Shown: positions 1 through 9,728, counted from the first letter of the stretch. The stretch is 57,937 nucleotides of DNA from a virus (IMGVR_UViG_3300029135_000007:1-57937), one strand, 5' to 3'. Translations and numbers: made by a program. Notes: a model not told the origin generated them from the sequence alone.

Positions 1-99
1 CTGCCAAGACCACGCACGGCGACAGAGACGGCTTCAAAGCCAAGAACTGCAAGGCCAGCAACGGGATGCCCGCTAATAGTCAAACCGATTCCGATAAGC
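1..99. repeat. terminal overlap, copy 1 (identical to 57839-57937); signature of a circular assembly
   Basis: Read directly: the first 99 nt (ctgccaagaccacgcacggc...ccgataagc) recur exactly as the last 99 nt of the window. Confidence 0.97.
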
Positions 100-2237
100 G
101 TCATGACCAAATCGCCCAAATCGAGGTCAAGGTCTTTGACGACTTTTTGAATTGTCTCGAATGCAGTAGAGATTTTCCCCTGCCATTCCTCAGGAATCAA
201 ATTCCAAATCGCTTGACCGAGATTAGAAAGAGCTTCTTTTAGCCATTTGATAGACTCGCCAAGTTTCCCATCAGTCAAAGAAATATTCCAGCCTTGCGTA
301 AACCCAAGACCCGCAAGGTAAATCAAATCTTTGATACGGACTAAACCTTGCCGGAAATTTTCGCTGTTTTGATAAAGCTGAACAAATCGGCCAACGATAA
401 GAGCCACCGTTCCGGCTACCAAAAGTAGCTCTGGATTAAGACCACCAACGATTTTGCCGAGCTTGTACGCCCAATCATGAGTGTCTTTTAACGCAGTAAG
501 AAGCGCATTCCCGATAGTCCATGCGGCAAAACCAGCGCCGATAGCAGCAACAATAGGAGCAAGTTTGCGAAGTTTTTCCTTGATTTCATCCACAGCATTG
601 CCGACATAGTTCTTGAACATATCGTAGCCAGACAGGTCTACATCGCCCAAGATGTTGCCAGCAGATGCGCCGCTGCCAGAGCCAGAGCTTCCCTGTGTGG
701 GGTCAATGATGTTCAGTTCATCAAAGCCCATCGTGTAGTCCTTGAGGGCTTTGGCGGCTTTCTTTGTCGAATCGGTTGTTTCGTCCATTGCGTCACCGAT
801 GCCGCCAACACTGTCAGCACTTTTGGCAAAGTCAGTGAGCACGACTTTTACGCCCATCAGCTTTGCCACCCACTGAACGAACTCCCGGATAAGTTCAACT
901 GCCGCAATCAGAGGAGGGAGAATGGATTTCATGGCAGGGTAAAGCAAAGAACCAACATCTCGCGCAAGACCAGACAACTGTGCTTTCAGAATGCGAATCA
1001 TATTCGCAGGGCTGGAGAGCGTTCGAGCAAAATCGCCCTGTGCATCGGTGGTCTGCTTCAAAATTGCAATGTATCTCAAGGTAGCTTTATCTGCCTGAGA
1101 AAGCGTGGAAACCTGTTTATTAAAGCCAAGCGCAAGAAGTTCTTGCTGAAGTCTCGCTTGAGAAATATCAACGCCAAGCTGAAGCATTGGCTCAAGTTCG
1201 CCAGCCATAGCCGAACGAATCTTCGTAAACGCTTGCGAAATAGGAATATTTTTCAGCGAAGAAAGGTCATAGCCTAACTGGGTAAGGCTTTTAGCCAAAG
1301 TATATGCTTGCTCTTTTGCAAGTCCGAAACTCTTTGTCATGCTATAAATGTTCGCCATAGCGTTCATGGCTTCTGACGGGTCGATTCCAAGCAATTGTTC
1401 CATCTTGTCAATGAAACCGCTTGCTTCGTTTGTCATGTCACCCATCGATACGCCAAACATATTAGCCGCTTCGTAGAAGTCATTGAACTTTGCAACAGCG
1501 TTGCCAAGATAATCAGCAATTGCTTTCAACGAAACCAACTTTGCCATGTTTCGCATAAAGCCGTTCATCTGATTGGACAGACTGAGATAGCTCTTACGCT
1601 GCTTTTCGTTGGCTGCGGTCACGCGGTTTGCCTGTGTGACCACTTTGCTCAACTGCGGAGGGAGCTTTGCAAAAGCATTGCCCACCTTGTCGAGCTGAGA
1701 TGCAAGGGGAGTAAGGGCGACGGAAATCTTCTGGCAAGAACTTGCAAAAGAATCGAGGTCGGTGGCTTTCAGCTTATCGGTTAGGTCAGGAACCTTCCCA
1801 ATCGCATTGAAAGCGCTACCAAGAGCTTTAAGGTTCGATGCGTCCAGAATGGACAGCGGAGCCAAAGCGTTAGTGAGCTGAGTAATGCTTCCAGACATGG
1901 AGTAAAAATCCACGCCGTTTAAGCCAGACACAGCCGCAGGAATCTTTTTGATTGCATTCACGACCGTGTTGATGCTCTTTGCGCTTGCGGTCGTGTTGAC
2001 GTTGGAAAGTCCATTCAGAAAGCTGGTAATTTTGTCCAGCCCAGACATTCCAGCGGATGCCTGTTTCAGCGTTGCAATAGAAGTAGCCAGTTTGTCAAGG
2101 CTGTTCACAACCTTTGTGACGTTGCCCTTTGTCCGCAAATTAGAAATGGCGGTAGCGAGCTTGTCGATATTAAGCTCTGCGCCCTGCGATTCCGCAGAAA
2201 TTTCTACGGATAAGCTCGTAATATCAACATCAGCCAT
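1..2237 (-). CDS. tail tape measure protein, N-terminal part (ORF continues across the circular junction into 57838..56191)
   Basis: Minus strand is stop-free from ATG 2237-2235 (MADVDITSLSVEIS...) to base 1. It sits directly after the G/GT chaperone pair. 2237+1648 nt = 3885 nt = 1295 codons, in frame with track ORF 56191..57921. Confidence 0.85.
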   Translation of the reverse strand, partial: MADVDITSLSVEISAESQGAELNIDKLATAISNLRTKGNVTKVVNSLDKLATSIATLKQASAGMSGLDKITSFLNGLSNVNTTASAKSINTVVNAIKKIPAAVSGLNGVDFYSMSGSITQLTNALAPLSILDASNLKALGSAFNAIGKVPDLTDKLKATDLDSFASSCQKISVALTPLASQLDKVGNAFAKLPPQLSKVVTQANRVTAANEKQRKSYLSLSNQMNGFMRNMAKLVSLKAIADYLGNAVAKFNDFYEAANMFGVSMGDMTNEASGFIDKMEQLLGIDPSEAMNAMANIYSMTKSFGLAKEQAYTLAKSLTQLGYDLSSLKNIPISQAFTKIRSAMAGELEPMLQLGVDISQARLQQELLALGFNKQVSTLSQADKATLRYIAILKQTTDAQGDFARTLSSPANMIRILKAQLSGLARDVGSLLYPAMKSILPPLIAAVELIREFVQWVAKLMGVKVVLTDFAKSADSVGGIGDAMDETTDSTKKAAKALKDYTMGFDELNIIDPTQGSSGSGSGASAGNILGDVDLSGYDMFKNYVGNAVDEIKEKLRKLAPIVAAIGAGFAAWTIGNALLTALKDTHDWAYKLGKIVGGLNPELLLVAGTVALIVGRFVQLYQNSENFRQGLVRIKDLIYLAGLGFTQGWNISLTDGKLGESIKWLKEALSNLGQAIWNLIPEEWQGKISTAFETIQKVVKDLDLDLGDLVMTLIGIGLTISGHPVAGLAVLGFEAVSVAVRGLG

Positions 2238-2652
2238 CACTACCACCATCACTTTCCATCATGGAGAACATCATTCTCTTGATTCGCTCCTGCGCCTCAA
2301 CTGCGCGTTGGTATTCATACTCGTCTTTCTCCTTTTGAGTAAGGGGAATCGGTCTATCCATGTACTTGATGGGTTTAGACCCTTTCTTTCGGAACATATT
2401 GCCAACCGTAGAGGAAAGCGCAGATGCCATGTAAAAACCATTTCTCCACGCTTCTGCATTGGCTCTGCGTTCTCGCAACTCCTCTGCATCACGGTATACC
2501 TTAGCCAGCCAAACATCGCCGTGCCAGAACTGCTCGTAGGTCATACCGATGGAGATGTAATAGGCTTCTACATCGTGGAACAACTTAGAGAAGGAAAACG
2601 GTTCTCCCTCTCCGTCTGATTCTTGAGATTGTGCGGTTACACAATCTCCCAC
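2230..2652 (-). CDS. tail assembly chaperone, -1 frameshift extension (gpT-like part of a G/GT pair)
   Basis: ORF overlaps the 3' end of 2637..2984 in the -1 frame. It is entered from the slippery heptamer at 2658-2664 and ends 4 nt before the tape-measure ATG. Confidence 0.7.
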   Translation of the reverse strand: MGDCVTAQSQESDGEGEPFSFSKLFHDVEAYYISIGMTYEQFWHGDVWLAKVYRDAEELRERRANAEAWRNGFYMASALSSTVGNMFRKKGSKPIKYMDRPIPLTQKEKDEYEYQRAVEAQERIKRMMFSMMESDGGSDG

Positions 2653-2984
2653 GTTGCGTTTTTTGCGGTCTTGTCCTCAGTGTCAGTCGCCAGCAGAGAC
2701 TTAGAAGCATCCATGAACATCTCAAGCAAAATGCCCATCAGTTCTTCCTTCTCCTCGGTATGCTGGAACATCTCGTCAACGTCCTTGCGCTTGATGCCCT
2801 TGTTCCGTGCAATGAAAGCGCCGTAGAACAGAGCACGGGAGTTGGACAGCAGATTGATCATCTGGGTGTACTGACCAATCTGAAAACCTGCACGTTCGGC
2901 GGCTTCCACGCTGTCACGGGTGAAAGTTAGTTCATAAGTGTTCTTGCCATCGGGGGAATGATAATTGATAACCTTTGCAGCCAT
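2637..2984 (-). CDS. tail assembly chaperone (gpG-like)
   Basis: 115-aa acidic ORF between the major tail protein and tape measure genes; carries the slippery site near its 3' end. Confidence 0.7.
   Translation of the reverse strand: MAAKVINYHSPDGKNTYELTFTRDSVEAAERAGFQIGQYTQMINLLSNSRALFYGAFIARNKGIKRKDVDEMFQHTEEKEELMGILLEMFMDASKSLLATDTEDKTAKNATWEIV
2658..2664 (-). promoter_or_regulatory. programmed -1 ribosomal frameshift slippery heptamer A_AAA_AAC
   Basis: Coding strand reads GCA AAA AAC. A -1 slip gives ...AKKRNVGDCVTAQSQESDGEGEPF, which is the 2230..2652 ORF. This matches the conserved G/GT arrangement of siphoviruses. Confidence 0.7.
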
Positions 2985-3009
2985 AATAAATGCTCTCCTT
3001 TATAAATAG

Positions 3010-3042
3010 GGGCAGAACCAAATCCAATGTTCAGTTCTGCCC
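3010..3042 (-). terminator. hairpin (attenuator or terminator-like) after the major tail gene
   Basis: 9-bp stem gggcagaac/gttctgccc followed on the minus strand by a T-rich stretch, between the 3069 stop and the 2984 start. Confidence 0.4.
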
Positions 3043-3068
3043 GGTTTGATTGATTCGATTTTTGCGGT

Positions 3069-3506
3069 TTAGCCGCCGTTGATGGTCAGCGCCTTAACGA
3101 ACTTCGGCTTGGTGTGGAAAATGCAGTTGATGGTCATTTCCACAACCTCATCCACGCCAAAGCCGGACAGACCAACCTGATGCATACCCTGCCAAGTGAA
3201 TCCGGAGCCGTCCTGCATCTTAATTGCATAGTACTTGTCGGGGTTCTCTTCGGCAGATTCATCGTAGCCAGCTTTCTGAACCGATTCGTAATCTTCCTTG
3301 TTGTAGTTTGCGGTAAACGCCTTAATATCGGACTGGTTAATACCAAAAATCTGCTTCTGCATCGGATCAGACAGGGTGGTGGCATCCAGAAGGTTCGGAT
3401 CGGAAATCATATCCGGGACATCCTTGATGTCACACAACTTCGTCAATGCAGACTCGGTAGCACCACAATACAGGGTGGTATTCAGACCGGAGATAGCAGT
3501 ACTCAT
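3069..3506 (-). CDS. major tail (tube) protein
   Basis: 145 aa; strong RBS (aaggaggt); position upstream of the chaperone pair and tape measure gene. Confidence 0.6.
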   Translation of the reverse strand: MSTAISGLNTTLYCGATESALTKLCDIKDVPDMISDPNLLDATTLSDPMQKQIFGINQSDIKAFTANYNKEDYESVQKAGYDESAEENPDKYYAIKMQDGSGFTWQGMHQVGLSGFGVDEVVEMTINCIFHTKPKFVKALTINGG

Positions 3507-3521
3507 AGAATGTTTACCTCC

Positions 3522-3923
3522 TTAGTTTCGGTAAATCATTCCGTCCTCTCCGATTGTTGCCCCATAGCTGCAATCAATCCGATAGACGGAATTGTTGTAC
3601 AGCCCATTCAACGGGGCAAACGATTTGCGATAGAACTTTTTGGGTTCGAGAACAGAATCCACGATTCCAACAATAAAGCGTGCTTCTGCACTGCGCCCGG
3701 GGTTCTTGTTAGAGTAGACACGCACACGCAGGGAAACGGCGGCGTACTTGCTGTGATCGGCAGAATCAAGATGCACAGGCAAATTGTTATTTTCCTCTAT
3801 CTGCACACACGGAAACCTCTTAACAGGGCTGTCACTAATTTCGCTAGTAACGAAGATACCGGGAACTTGCTTTCGCAGTTCCTTAGCAACAGCCGTGTAG
3901 ATGGAATTGAAATAATCAATCAA
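3522..3923 (-). CDS. tail terminator / tail completion protein (positional call)
   Basis: 133-aa ORF, start overlaps the upstream stop; lies between the HK97 gp10-like gene and the major tail gene. Confidence 0.4.
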   Translation of the reverse strand: MIDYFNSIYTAVAKELRKQVPGIFVTSEISDSPVKRFPCVQIEENNNLPVHLDSADHSKYAAVSLRVRVYSNKNPGRSAEARFIVGIVDSVLEPKKFYRKSFAPLNGLYNNSVYRIDCSYGATIGEDGMIYRN

Positions 3924-4441
3924 CTATTCCAAACCTCCCTCCACGTTGCTTCAACTTGAGAAGCCATTTCTTCAACAGCTCCCCACATAGCCATAGCTGG
4001 TTCGTTACCGCTGGTGTAATTCAACCGTCCCTTGACGGGAACGGTATCCACATAGGTTCCGGCATTACCGGGGTCACCGTAGTAGTACCAACGTCTGCCA
4101 GCACCTTTGCCTTGACCATAGGAGCCATGCGCACCAACACCGGGCGGCAGTTCGCCGCCATATCCGTTGTGATGCGCACCGGTACCAAACTCGATAAAGG
4201 CGACTGACTTGCCCTCTGCAATGATGGTGCAAATGTTTCCGTTCTGCTCAACACGACAAGAGACATCGTTGCTACCGGCATATTCTGCATTTGCAAAGCG
4301 AACTTTCGCTACATCAAGCCCTTTGTCAGCCAACGACTTTACAAACTCTTGCGCCTTTTTGTTCAGGGCGGTCTTGTACTCCTGTATCTGACGTTCCGCA
4401 TCACGAAGTCCGGCATCGCTCAGCCTCACTTTAATTTTCAC
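3920..4441 (-). CDS. HK97 gp10-like head-tail joining protein
   Basis: MKIKVRLS...IEFGTG motif pattern typical of the HK97 gp10 family; neck-module position. Confidence 0.55.
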   Translation of the reverse strand: MKIKVRLSDAGLRDAERQIQEYKTALNKKAQEFVKSLADKGLDVAKVRFANAEYAGSNDVSCRVEQNGNICTIIAEGKSVAFIEFGTGAHHNGYGGELPPGVGAHGSYGQGKGAGRRWYYYGDPGNAGTYVDTVPVKGRLNYTSGNEPAMAMWGAVEEMASQVEATWREVWNS

Positions 4442-4808
4442 TTGCAGCCACCTCTTTCAGCGCATACAGCGTGTCTGTAATATGCTCTGCGACCTTGACC
4501 ACAGTGTAATTGAAGGGCTTTGAAACGTCCGTTTGAAACCAGACGTGTGTACCTTCGTAAAGCGGTGTGTTGCGCTTTTTGCTCGACGAACTGACAACGT
4601 AGCTGTAATCCGTGAACGCTCCAAAAGGGTTTGCTTCCGCAGAACCAGTAGGCGGGCTGACATTCAGCATCAGCTTTGCGGGGTCGCTCCACGATTCGTA
4701 TGCGGATTCGCCAGTCTCATTTCCCCACTCGTCCACAACAGGCGTTTTCTCGCCGATAGGGTTTGAATACCAAAGCGGGCGCTTGTCCAGAGGGATTCCA
4801 TTGAACAT
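4431..4808 (-). CDS. head closure / neck protein (positional call)
   Basis: Start taken at ATG 4808 (MFNGIPL...), which overlaps the upstream stop in an ATGA arrangement; neck-module position. Confidence 0.4.
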   Translation of the reverse strand: MFNGIPLDKRPLWYSNPIGEKTPVVDEWGNETGESAYESWSDPAKLMLNVSPPTGSAEANPFGAFTDYSYVVSSSSKKRNTPLYEGTHVWFQTDVSKPFNYTVVKVAEHITDTLYALKEVAASEN

Positions 4809-5152
4809 CAGCCGATAACACCTACTCTCGGAACTACTTCGTTCAGCAGGGACTGCGCTACATCGGACGATTCCCACACACGAGTAATGCCATTATTGGT
4901 ATAGCTCGTCTGTCCGTTTGCGCCGATGTGGTTGTACAGTTCCGCTGCAATGCGTATCTGCAACGACTGATACTGCAAAGGCAGCTCGTCCGGTCTGTTG
5001 CCGAAGGGGTAGCCCTGTGCAAATATCTTGTCTTTGGCGAAATCAAGCAGCAGGTCGAAGAGTGGGTAGTCCTCGTCCGTGACTTCACGGTCAAGTGCTG
5101 GGGCAATGTACTGCCCCAGCTTGACTGCCGCTTCAGAATACTGATCTCCCAT
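4808..5152 (-). CDS. head-tail connector/adaptor (gp6-like)
   Basis: 114 aa directly after the capsid gene; RBS aaaggagga; sequence style (YPLFDLLLDFAKDKI...LQIRIAAELY) matches gp6-like connector proteins. Confidence 0.5.
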   Translation of the reverse strand: MGDQYSEAAVKLGQYIAPALDREVTDEDYPLFDLLLDFAKDKIFAQGYPFGNRPDELPLQYQSLQIRIAAELYNHIGANGQTSYTNNGITRVWESSDVAQSLLNEVVPRVGVIG

Positions 5153-5172
5153 GCTGCTTTCCTCCTTTCGCC

Positions 5173-6252
5173 TTAGTAAGCCTTGATGCAGTACACAGCG
5201 TCCATGCGCTCAAAGGACGGCAGGACGATTTCAGAAGCATAGACGTTGGCGTTGACCGGGTGAACGGTCAGTTCGGTGGTGATGGCAACGCCGGTGTTCA
5301 CAATGGACACAGATGCACCAGACTGGCCAGACAGCAGGTCGGCTTCCTCAGGAGTAGTGCCGTACCAGACATTGCCCAGCGCGCCAGCAGGGGTGATAAC
5401 CACCATGCCGTCAGGCAGATACTTCTCGCTTGCACTGTACTGGTCTGCCTTGAACATCTTGTCGTACAGATGGATGGTCAGACCGGTTGCAGATTCGATA
5501 ATCTGCCGTGCTTCAGCGTCCAGCAGAACGGCGTTCGCCTTTGCGGTGACGGTCATGAACCGGTTCTTCACCTCATCCGCAGCAATCATGTTGCGGAAGG
5601 TAGCGGTGTTCATGTACACCTCAGTCACAACATCGCCCACGCTTGCCAGAACAGCATCCTTTGCAGCGTTCAGGTCAGCAATGGGAGTGGCAGTTGCGGC
5701 AGACCATTTGGACTTGGCAACACCACTGATATCCTTGAAGTTGGTAGACTTCCAACCGCCGTCCGGGTCGTAATTGTAGGTGTAGTTCACGCCGTTTGCC
5801 TTGATGGTAATGCCAGGAGCGCCATTGGCGGGAGCCAGCAGCTGCCAGATCATGCGCTCAGGAACGATACGTGCGCCAGTGATAAGCTGTACGGTGTCAT
5901 CGTACAGACGGTTCATCACGTCACGGGCATAGGGGTCGTTGCTGTCCAGAACACGCAGGATTTCCTGACGGTCTTTCTCGCCCAGATGGTAGCCCTCACG
6001 GAAGAACGGCATCTCGGTCTCATCAAACTTGAAGCCCTTACGGGTGCGGAACGTAGCCTTTGCGTCAAATGCGCTGGGCATCAGAGACACGCCCACGCCC
6101 TTGTGACCGCGCAGCCACTTCAGGTCAAGACCGGCCTTCTTCTTAGCGGGGAACAGTGCATCAGATGCAAAGGGCATCGCATTTGTGGGGTCATTCGTCC
6201 AATAGGCGGCAATTGCAGCCGGGGCAAAGACTTCCTTAAGATTCAGTGCCAT
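5173..6252 (-). CDS. major capsid protein (lambda gpE-like family)
   Basis: 359 aa; N-terminus ...FPAKKKAGLDLKWLRG... and C-terminal ...LPDGMVVITPAGALGNVWYGTTPEE resemble major capsid protein E; follows the scaffold and decoration genes. Confidence 0.8.
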   Translation of the reverse strand: MALNLKEVFAPAAIAAYWTNDPTNAMPFASDALFPAKKKAGLDLKWLRGHKGVGVSLMPSAFDAKATFRTRKGFKFDETEMPFFREGYHLGEKDRQEILRVLDSNDPYARDVMNRLYDDTVQLITGARIVPERMIWQLLAPANGAPGITIKANGVNYTYNYDPDGGWKSTNFKDISGVAKSKWSAATATPIADLNAAKDAVLASVGDVVTEVYMNTATFRNMIAADEVKNRFMTVTAKANAVLLDAEARQIIESATGLTIHLYDKMFKADQYSASEKYLPDGMVVITPAGALGNVWYGTTPEEADLLSGQSGASVSIVNTGVAITTELTVHPVNANVYASEIVLPSFERMDAVYCIKAY

Positions 6253-6268
6253 GTTGTTTTACCTCCTA

Positions 6269-6637
6269 TTAAGCGTTCACGCTGATGTTGTCACGGCAGA
6301 AGATGCCGGGAACGGCAGTCTTAAGTGCCTTGATCGCGTCAGCGTCATAGGTGAAGCTGGAACTTGCTGCCGCCTTTTTGGTGTCGATAACACCGCGAAT
6401 CAGCAGGGAAGCATTGGGGTTCTCTGCCGGGTCAACGTCATACAGCAGAATACCGTCAGCGTTGATGGCCTTTGCACCAGTATCGCCGGTAACGGTAGCT
6501 TTCTTGCCAGCCAGCGTCATGGGGTAGCCAGCCTTAACCGCAGCATCTTCGGTCACGGTAAAGGGAATGGCAGTGTAGTCATTGGAAGCAAGGATGGTAT
6601 CGTTGATTCCGTTGACCGTGTTTCGGGTAAACTTCAT
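6269..6637 (-). CDS. head decoration / capsid accessory protein (tentative)
   Basis: Start taken at MKFTRNTV (RBS aaggagga). 122 aa between the scaffold and capsid genes, the usual slot for decoration-type proteins. Confidence 0.4.
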   Translation of the reverse strand: MKFTRNTVNGINDTILASNDYTAIPFTVTEDAAVKAGYPMTLAGKKATVTGDTGAKAINADGILLYDVDPAENPNASLLIRGVIDTKKAAASSSFTYDADAIKALKTAVPGIFCRDNISVNA

Positions 6638-6650
6638 GTTTTCCTCCTTG

Positions 6651-7232
6651 TTAATGAAAAGCACTCATTGCGTCACTCGATGCCTTAGAAGTATTTGCGT
6701 TCTGCTGTGCAAGGCTCTTAGCAAACGCCACACCTTCGCTGTCAGAGCCGCCCTTGCCATCCGCACCCGGAGGTGTAGGCATACCCTTCAGCAAGGAAGC
6801 CTTATATGCGGTGTCATGGGCGGTCATAAACTCCGACTGGAACTTAAACACCTTGTCCATGTCACCATCAGCTAGTGCAGACGCAGCCTTGCTAGCCAGT
6901 TCAGCGTCATAACCTTGTGCAACGAACTTCTCACGGTAAGATGCAAGGGTCTTTTCCTTGACAAGGTTCTCTTTGTCGGCAGCCAGGGCTTCAATCTGCT
7001 TCTGCATCTCTGCCAGCTTGTCAGCCTGTTCCTGTGCGGCATTCTCGTCATCGGTGCGCTTTGCTTTGAGCTGCTTCTTATACTCGGCAGCTTCGCCGTT
7101 GGCTTTCGTCACGGCGTTGCGCAGCTTCTCCACCTCTGCGCTAGGGTCTGCAACCTTTTCAAGCGCAGAAATGATTTCATCGGCGGTCATGCCCTCTTTG
7201 TAGGCATCACCAAGCAACACATTGAGTTTCAT
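6651..7232 (-). CDS. scaffolding protein
   Basis: Ala/Glu/Lys-rich predicted coiled coil (KLRNAVTKANGEAAEYKKQLKAK...); start at MKLNV after an aggagg RBS; upstream of the capsid gene. Confidence 0.65.
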   Translation of the reverse strand: MKLNVLLGDAYKEGMTADEIISALEKVADPSAEVEKLRNAVTKANGEAAEYKKQLKAKRTDDENAAQEQADKLAEMQKQIEALAADKENLVKEKTLASYREKFVAQGYDAELASKAASALADGDMDKVFKFQSEFMTAHDTAYKASLLKGMPTPPGADGKGGSDSEGVAFAKSLAQQNANTSKASSDAMSAFH

Positions 7233-7342
7233 ATCGTTAATTTCCTCCTGCGTTTTTTTACCGTTGCTTCCCTGCAACGCTGCGAAATTTGTATCCCGGC
7301 TTCCCTGCCGAAATATATCAGCCCGCTAATGCGGATTGATTT

Positions 7343-7726
7343 TTAGTCGATTAGTTCCCCTGCGCCGTTGTAAACCAGTTCTTCTTTCGCAACATCAGGA
7401 GCGGCGAAAACGGTCGGAACAAGATAGACTGGAACGCCATACAACTTTGCAGCATCAATTTCTACAGTACAGCCGTTATACTGAAAGGCGTTATCGCCGC
7501 AAATGCCGATAAAATAATCAGCCTGTGCGAGAAGTTCGATGCTCTTTCCAAGATACCAAAGCCCTTCAGTTCTGCACTTAGGCGGGTTATCTTCGATATA
7601 GGTCGGGATAACCTCAAGGCTTTCACCGTACACTGCTTCGGCAATCTTGTGCAAACGGTCAAACGTCATCCGAATATTTTCTTCCGACCGATTCTTCATC
7701 GGGCAGGAAATAAACAGCTTCTTCAT
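7343..7726 (-). CDS. nucleoside 2-deoxyribosyltransferase-like / DUF4406-like protein (tentative), in the slot usually held by a minor head protein
   Basis: 127 aa, MKKLFISCPM...LLAQADYFIGICG...EIDAAKLYGVPVYLV pattern; start overlaps the portal stop. Confidence 0.35.
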   Translation of the reverse strand: MKKLFISCPMKNRSEENIRMTFDRLHKIAEAVYGESLEVIPTYIEDNPPKCRTEGLWYLGKSIELLAQADYFIGICGDNAFQYNGCTVEIDAAKLYGVPVYLVPTVFAAPDVAKEELVYNGAGELID

Positions 7727-9225
7727 TTTTGTTCTCCTTCCTTTGTGTTAGTCTGTTCAACAACCATTTTGCCGTTGTTGGCAATATGGTCAGTCGGCTG
7801 TTCCTGCGGTTTCGGAGCTTTGCCATCCTCGCCCAGCTTGCCAGCGGCAATCAGGAAGGGCTTGCTCATTTCGTAAGCAGCCTGTGGGTCGGGGAACAGA
7901 CCGGGCGTAGTAAACGCCAGCTGCGGGTCAATGGTCTGTTGCAACATCTGTGCGAAAATCTGAACTTTGCTCTGTTGGTTATCGTACTGGCGGCGTGGCA
8001 GCTTGATGTTGATGTCACTTGCCATCAGCTTAGAACCAGCCGTGTCCCGCAAGATTTTCAGCATCACAGACAGGCTTTGGCGTTCTGAGAACTTGAACAT
8101 ATTCTCGTACTGCTGCGCCCTTGCTTCGGTGTGATTCCAGCCGTTGCGGACGATAACTGCTCCCACGTTGTCGGATGTTGCGTTCTCGCTGCCAGTGGCA
8201 CTGGGCATAGCGGTCAGGCTGCGGTACACATTCAACATGGAATCAAGCAATGTCTGGCTCTGCTGCTGGTCAAGCTCGTTTGCAAGCTGTGCGACCGAAG
8301 CTGGTTGACCGGAAGATGACTTCAGGCACATTGCGCCCATAGCCTTAACAGCTTTTAAGGCTTCTTCGTCCACAAGGCAGTTGGTAAACACCATGATAGA
8401 CTGAATGAACTGTGCCACGCCGTCCAAACGGTTGCTTTCAAGGTCGTTGATTGCATCCAGCACAGGGATAGCAGGTTCAAACAGACCCATTCGCTCCGGG
8501 TTCAGCTTGTATTCGACCATCGGTAGCATTCCGAGAGAATGGTTCTCCGATTTCGTAACCTTGCCATTGTCGATTTCAAAGTACTGGTTTTGCGTATACA
8601 CACAAATCAGGTCGTTTAGGTCATTCTGATAATTGCGTGGGATGTGCAGCACGTTAGCAATGGGCTTGTGCCCGATGCCGGAGTTGTAAATCACATACGC
8701 CATGTCTGGGTCGGGAACATCTACTAGTAGGGGCGTTTCGTCCGGGTAGTTGCCGCCATACCCCTTGTCAGGAAGAACAATGCGGTATCCCTGTCCGCAC
8801 TCCAACATCCACTGCCAGAGCCGCCGATCAAACGCGTCCTTGCCCTCATACTGCAAGGCATTAGACAGCCGAGCGATTTCCTCACCGTCACCTGTTGCCG
8901 TTTCAGACCGCACATAAGAGCACGGCGTGCCGCTCATATAACCTGTGTAGAAGCCCACACACTCGTTGGCGTGGTTTTCTACAATGCGGTTCGTGATTTC
9001 AGCGTGATATTCCTTCGTGCGGAGGAGGACAGGCTGACTGCCCAAGTAGTAGTTGTGCAGAAAGCGAATCTCATTCTTGTTCAGCAGATGAATAGGCTCC
9101 GCCTTGCCCATGACCACCTTCAGCACGTTTGTTCGATTGATTTCCGTCTCCGGCGTTTCAATCGGTCTGCGTCCGGTCAGCGGATTATTCAAAAAGCCGC
9201 CAACAACCATCTGATACTCAGCCAT
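7723..9225 (-). CDS. portal protein (SPP1 gp6-like)
   Basis: 500 aa; sequence features typical of SPP1-type portals; downstream of terL; RBS aaaggagga. Confidence 0.8.
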   Translation of the reverse strand: MAEYQMVVGGFLNNPLTGRRPIETPETEINRTNVLKVVMGKAEPIHLLNKNEIRFLHNYYLGSQPVLLRTKEYHAEITNRIVENHANECVGFYTGYMSGTPCSYVRSETATGDGEEIARLSNALQYEGKDAFDRRLWQWMLECGQGYRIVLPDKGYGGNYPDETPLLVDVPDPDMAYVIYNSGIGHKPIANVLHIPRNYQNDLNDLICVYTQNQYFEIDNGKVTKSENHSLGMLPMVEYKLNPERMGLFEPAIPVLDAINDLESNRLDGVAQFIQSIMVFTNCLVDEEALKAVKAMGAMCLKSSSGQPASVAQLANELDQQQSQTLLDSMLNVYRSLTAMPSATGSENATSDNVGAVIVRNGWNHTEARAQQYENMFKFSERQSLSVMLKILRDTAGSKLMASDINIKLPRRQYDNQQSKVQIFAQMLQQTIDPQLAFTTPGLFPDPQAAYEMSKPFLIAAGKLGEDGKAPKPQEQPTDHIANNGKMVVEQTNTKEGEQK

Positions 9226-9317
9226 GTGTTCCTCCTTTCCAGCAAAATAAAAAAGCGCAGCAAGACAAACCTGTTAAGGTCTATCTCACTGCGCCAAAAC
9301 TGCGCTTCAAAAGCTAT

Positions 9318-9500
9318 TTACTTTTCCGGTGGATGGATGATTTTTACCCATCCTTCCCTTGTGTCTCCTTCAATAACGCCCTTGCATCTGTCGCACTTGA
9401 AATGGTATCGTCCGTCTACTTCGCCAAGATAGCGGTTGCAGCGGACGTTCTTATAGATTGGGTTTTGCCTAATACAAGGGCAACAGATTCTAACTAGCAT
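9318..9500 (-). CDS. small Cys-rich zinc-ribbon-like protein
   Basis: 60 aa with CCPC and CDRC pairs; no recognisable family. Confidence 0.3.
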   Translation of the reverse strand: MLVRICCPCIRQNPIYKNVRCNRYLGEVDGRYHFKCDRCKGVIEGDTREGWVKIIHPPEK

Positions 9501-9651
9501 GAGTGCTCCTTTCGTTTGATTTCTGGAAACAGGCTGTTAAGCACAGACCTGTTAGAAGCTACTGGGAAACTGTTCGCACTACCAGTCATGCTAGGCTCTG
9601 ACTTGTCGGGTGTCAAAAGCCACGATTGCCCCGACTGGAGCAAATCGCTGA

Positions 9652-9728
9652 TGGACACAAAGGATGGATTTGAACCACCGACCTTCGGGCTATAAACCCG
9701 ACGAGCTACAAGACTGCTCTACTCTGTG
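9652..9728 (-). tRNA. tRNA-Ile, anticodon UAU, CCA encoded
   Basis: Manual cloverleaf: CACAGAG/CTTTGTG acceptor stem (one G-U pair), GAGC/GCTC D stem, TCGGG-TTTATAG-CCCGA anticodon arm, GGTGG-TTCAAAT-CCATC T arm, then T-CCA. The D loop lacks the usual GG. Confidence 0.75.

Noticed and set aside
1-99. Biological direct terminal repeat or cos-type end
   Set aside because: The repeat lies in the middle of the tape-measure coding sequence, and removing one copy restores a perfect reading frame. This is an assembly overlap of a circular sequence.
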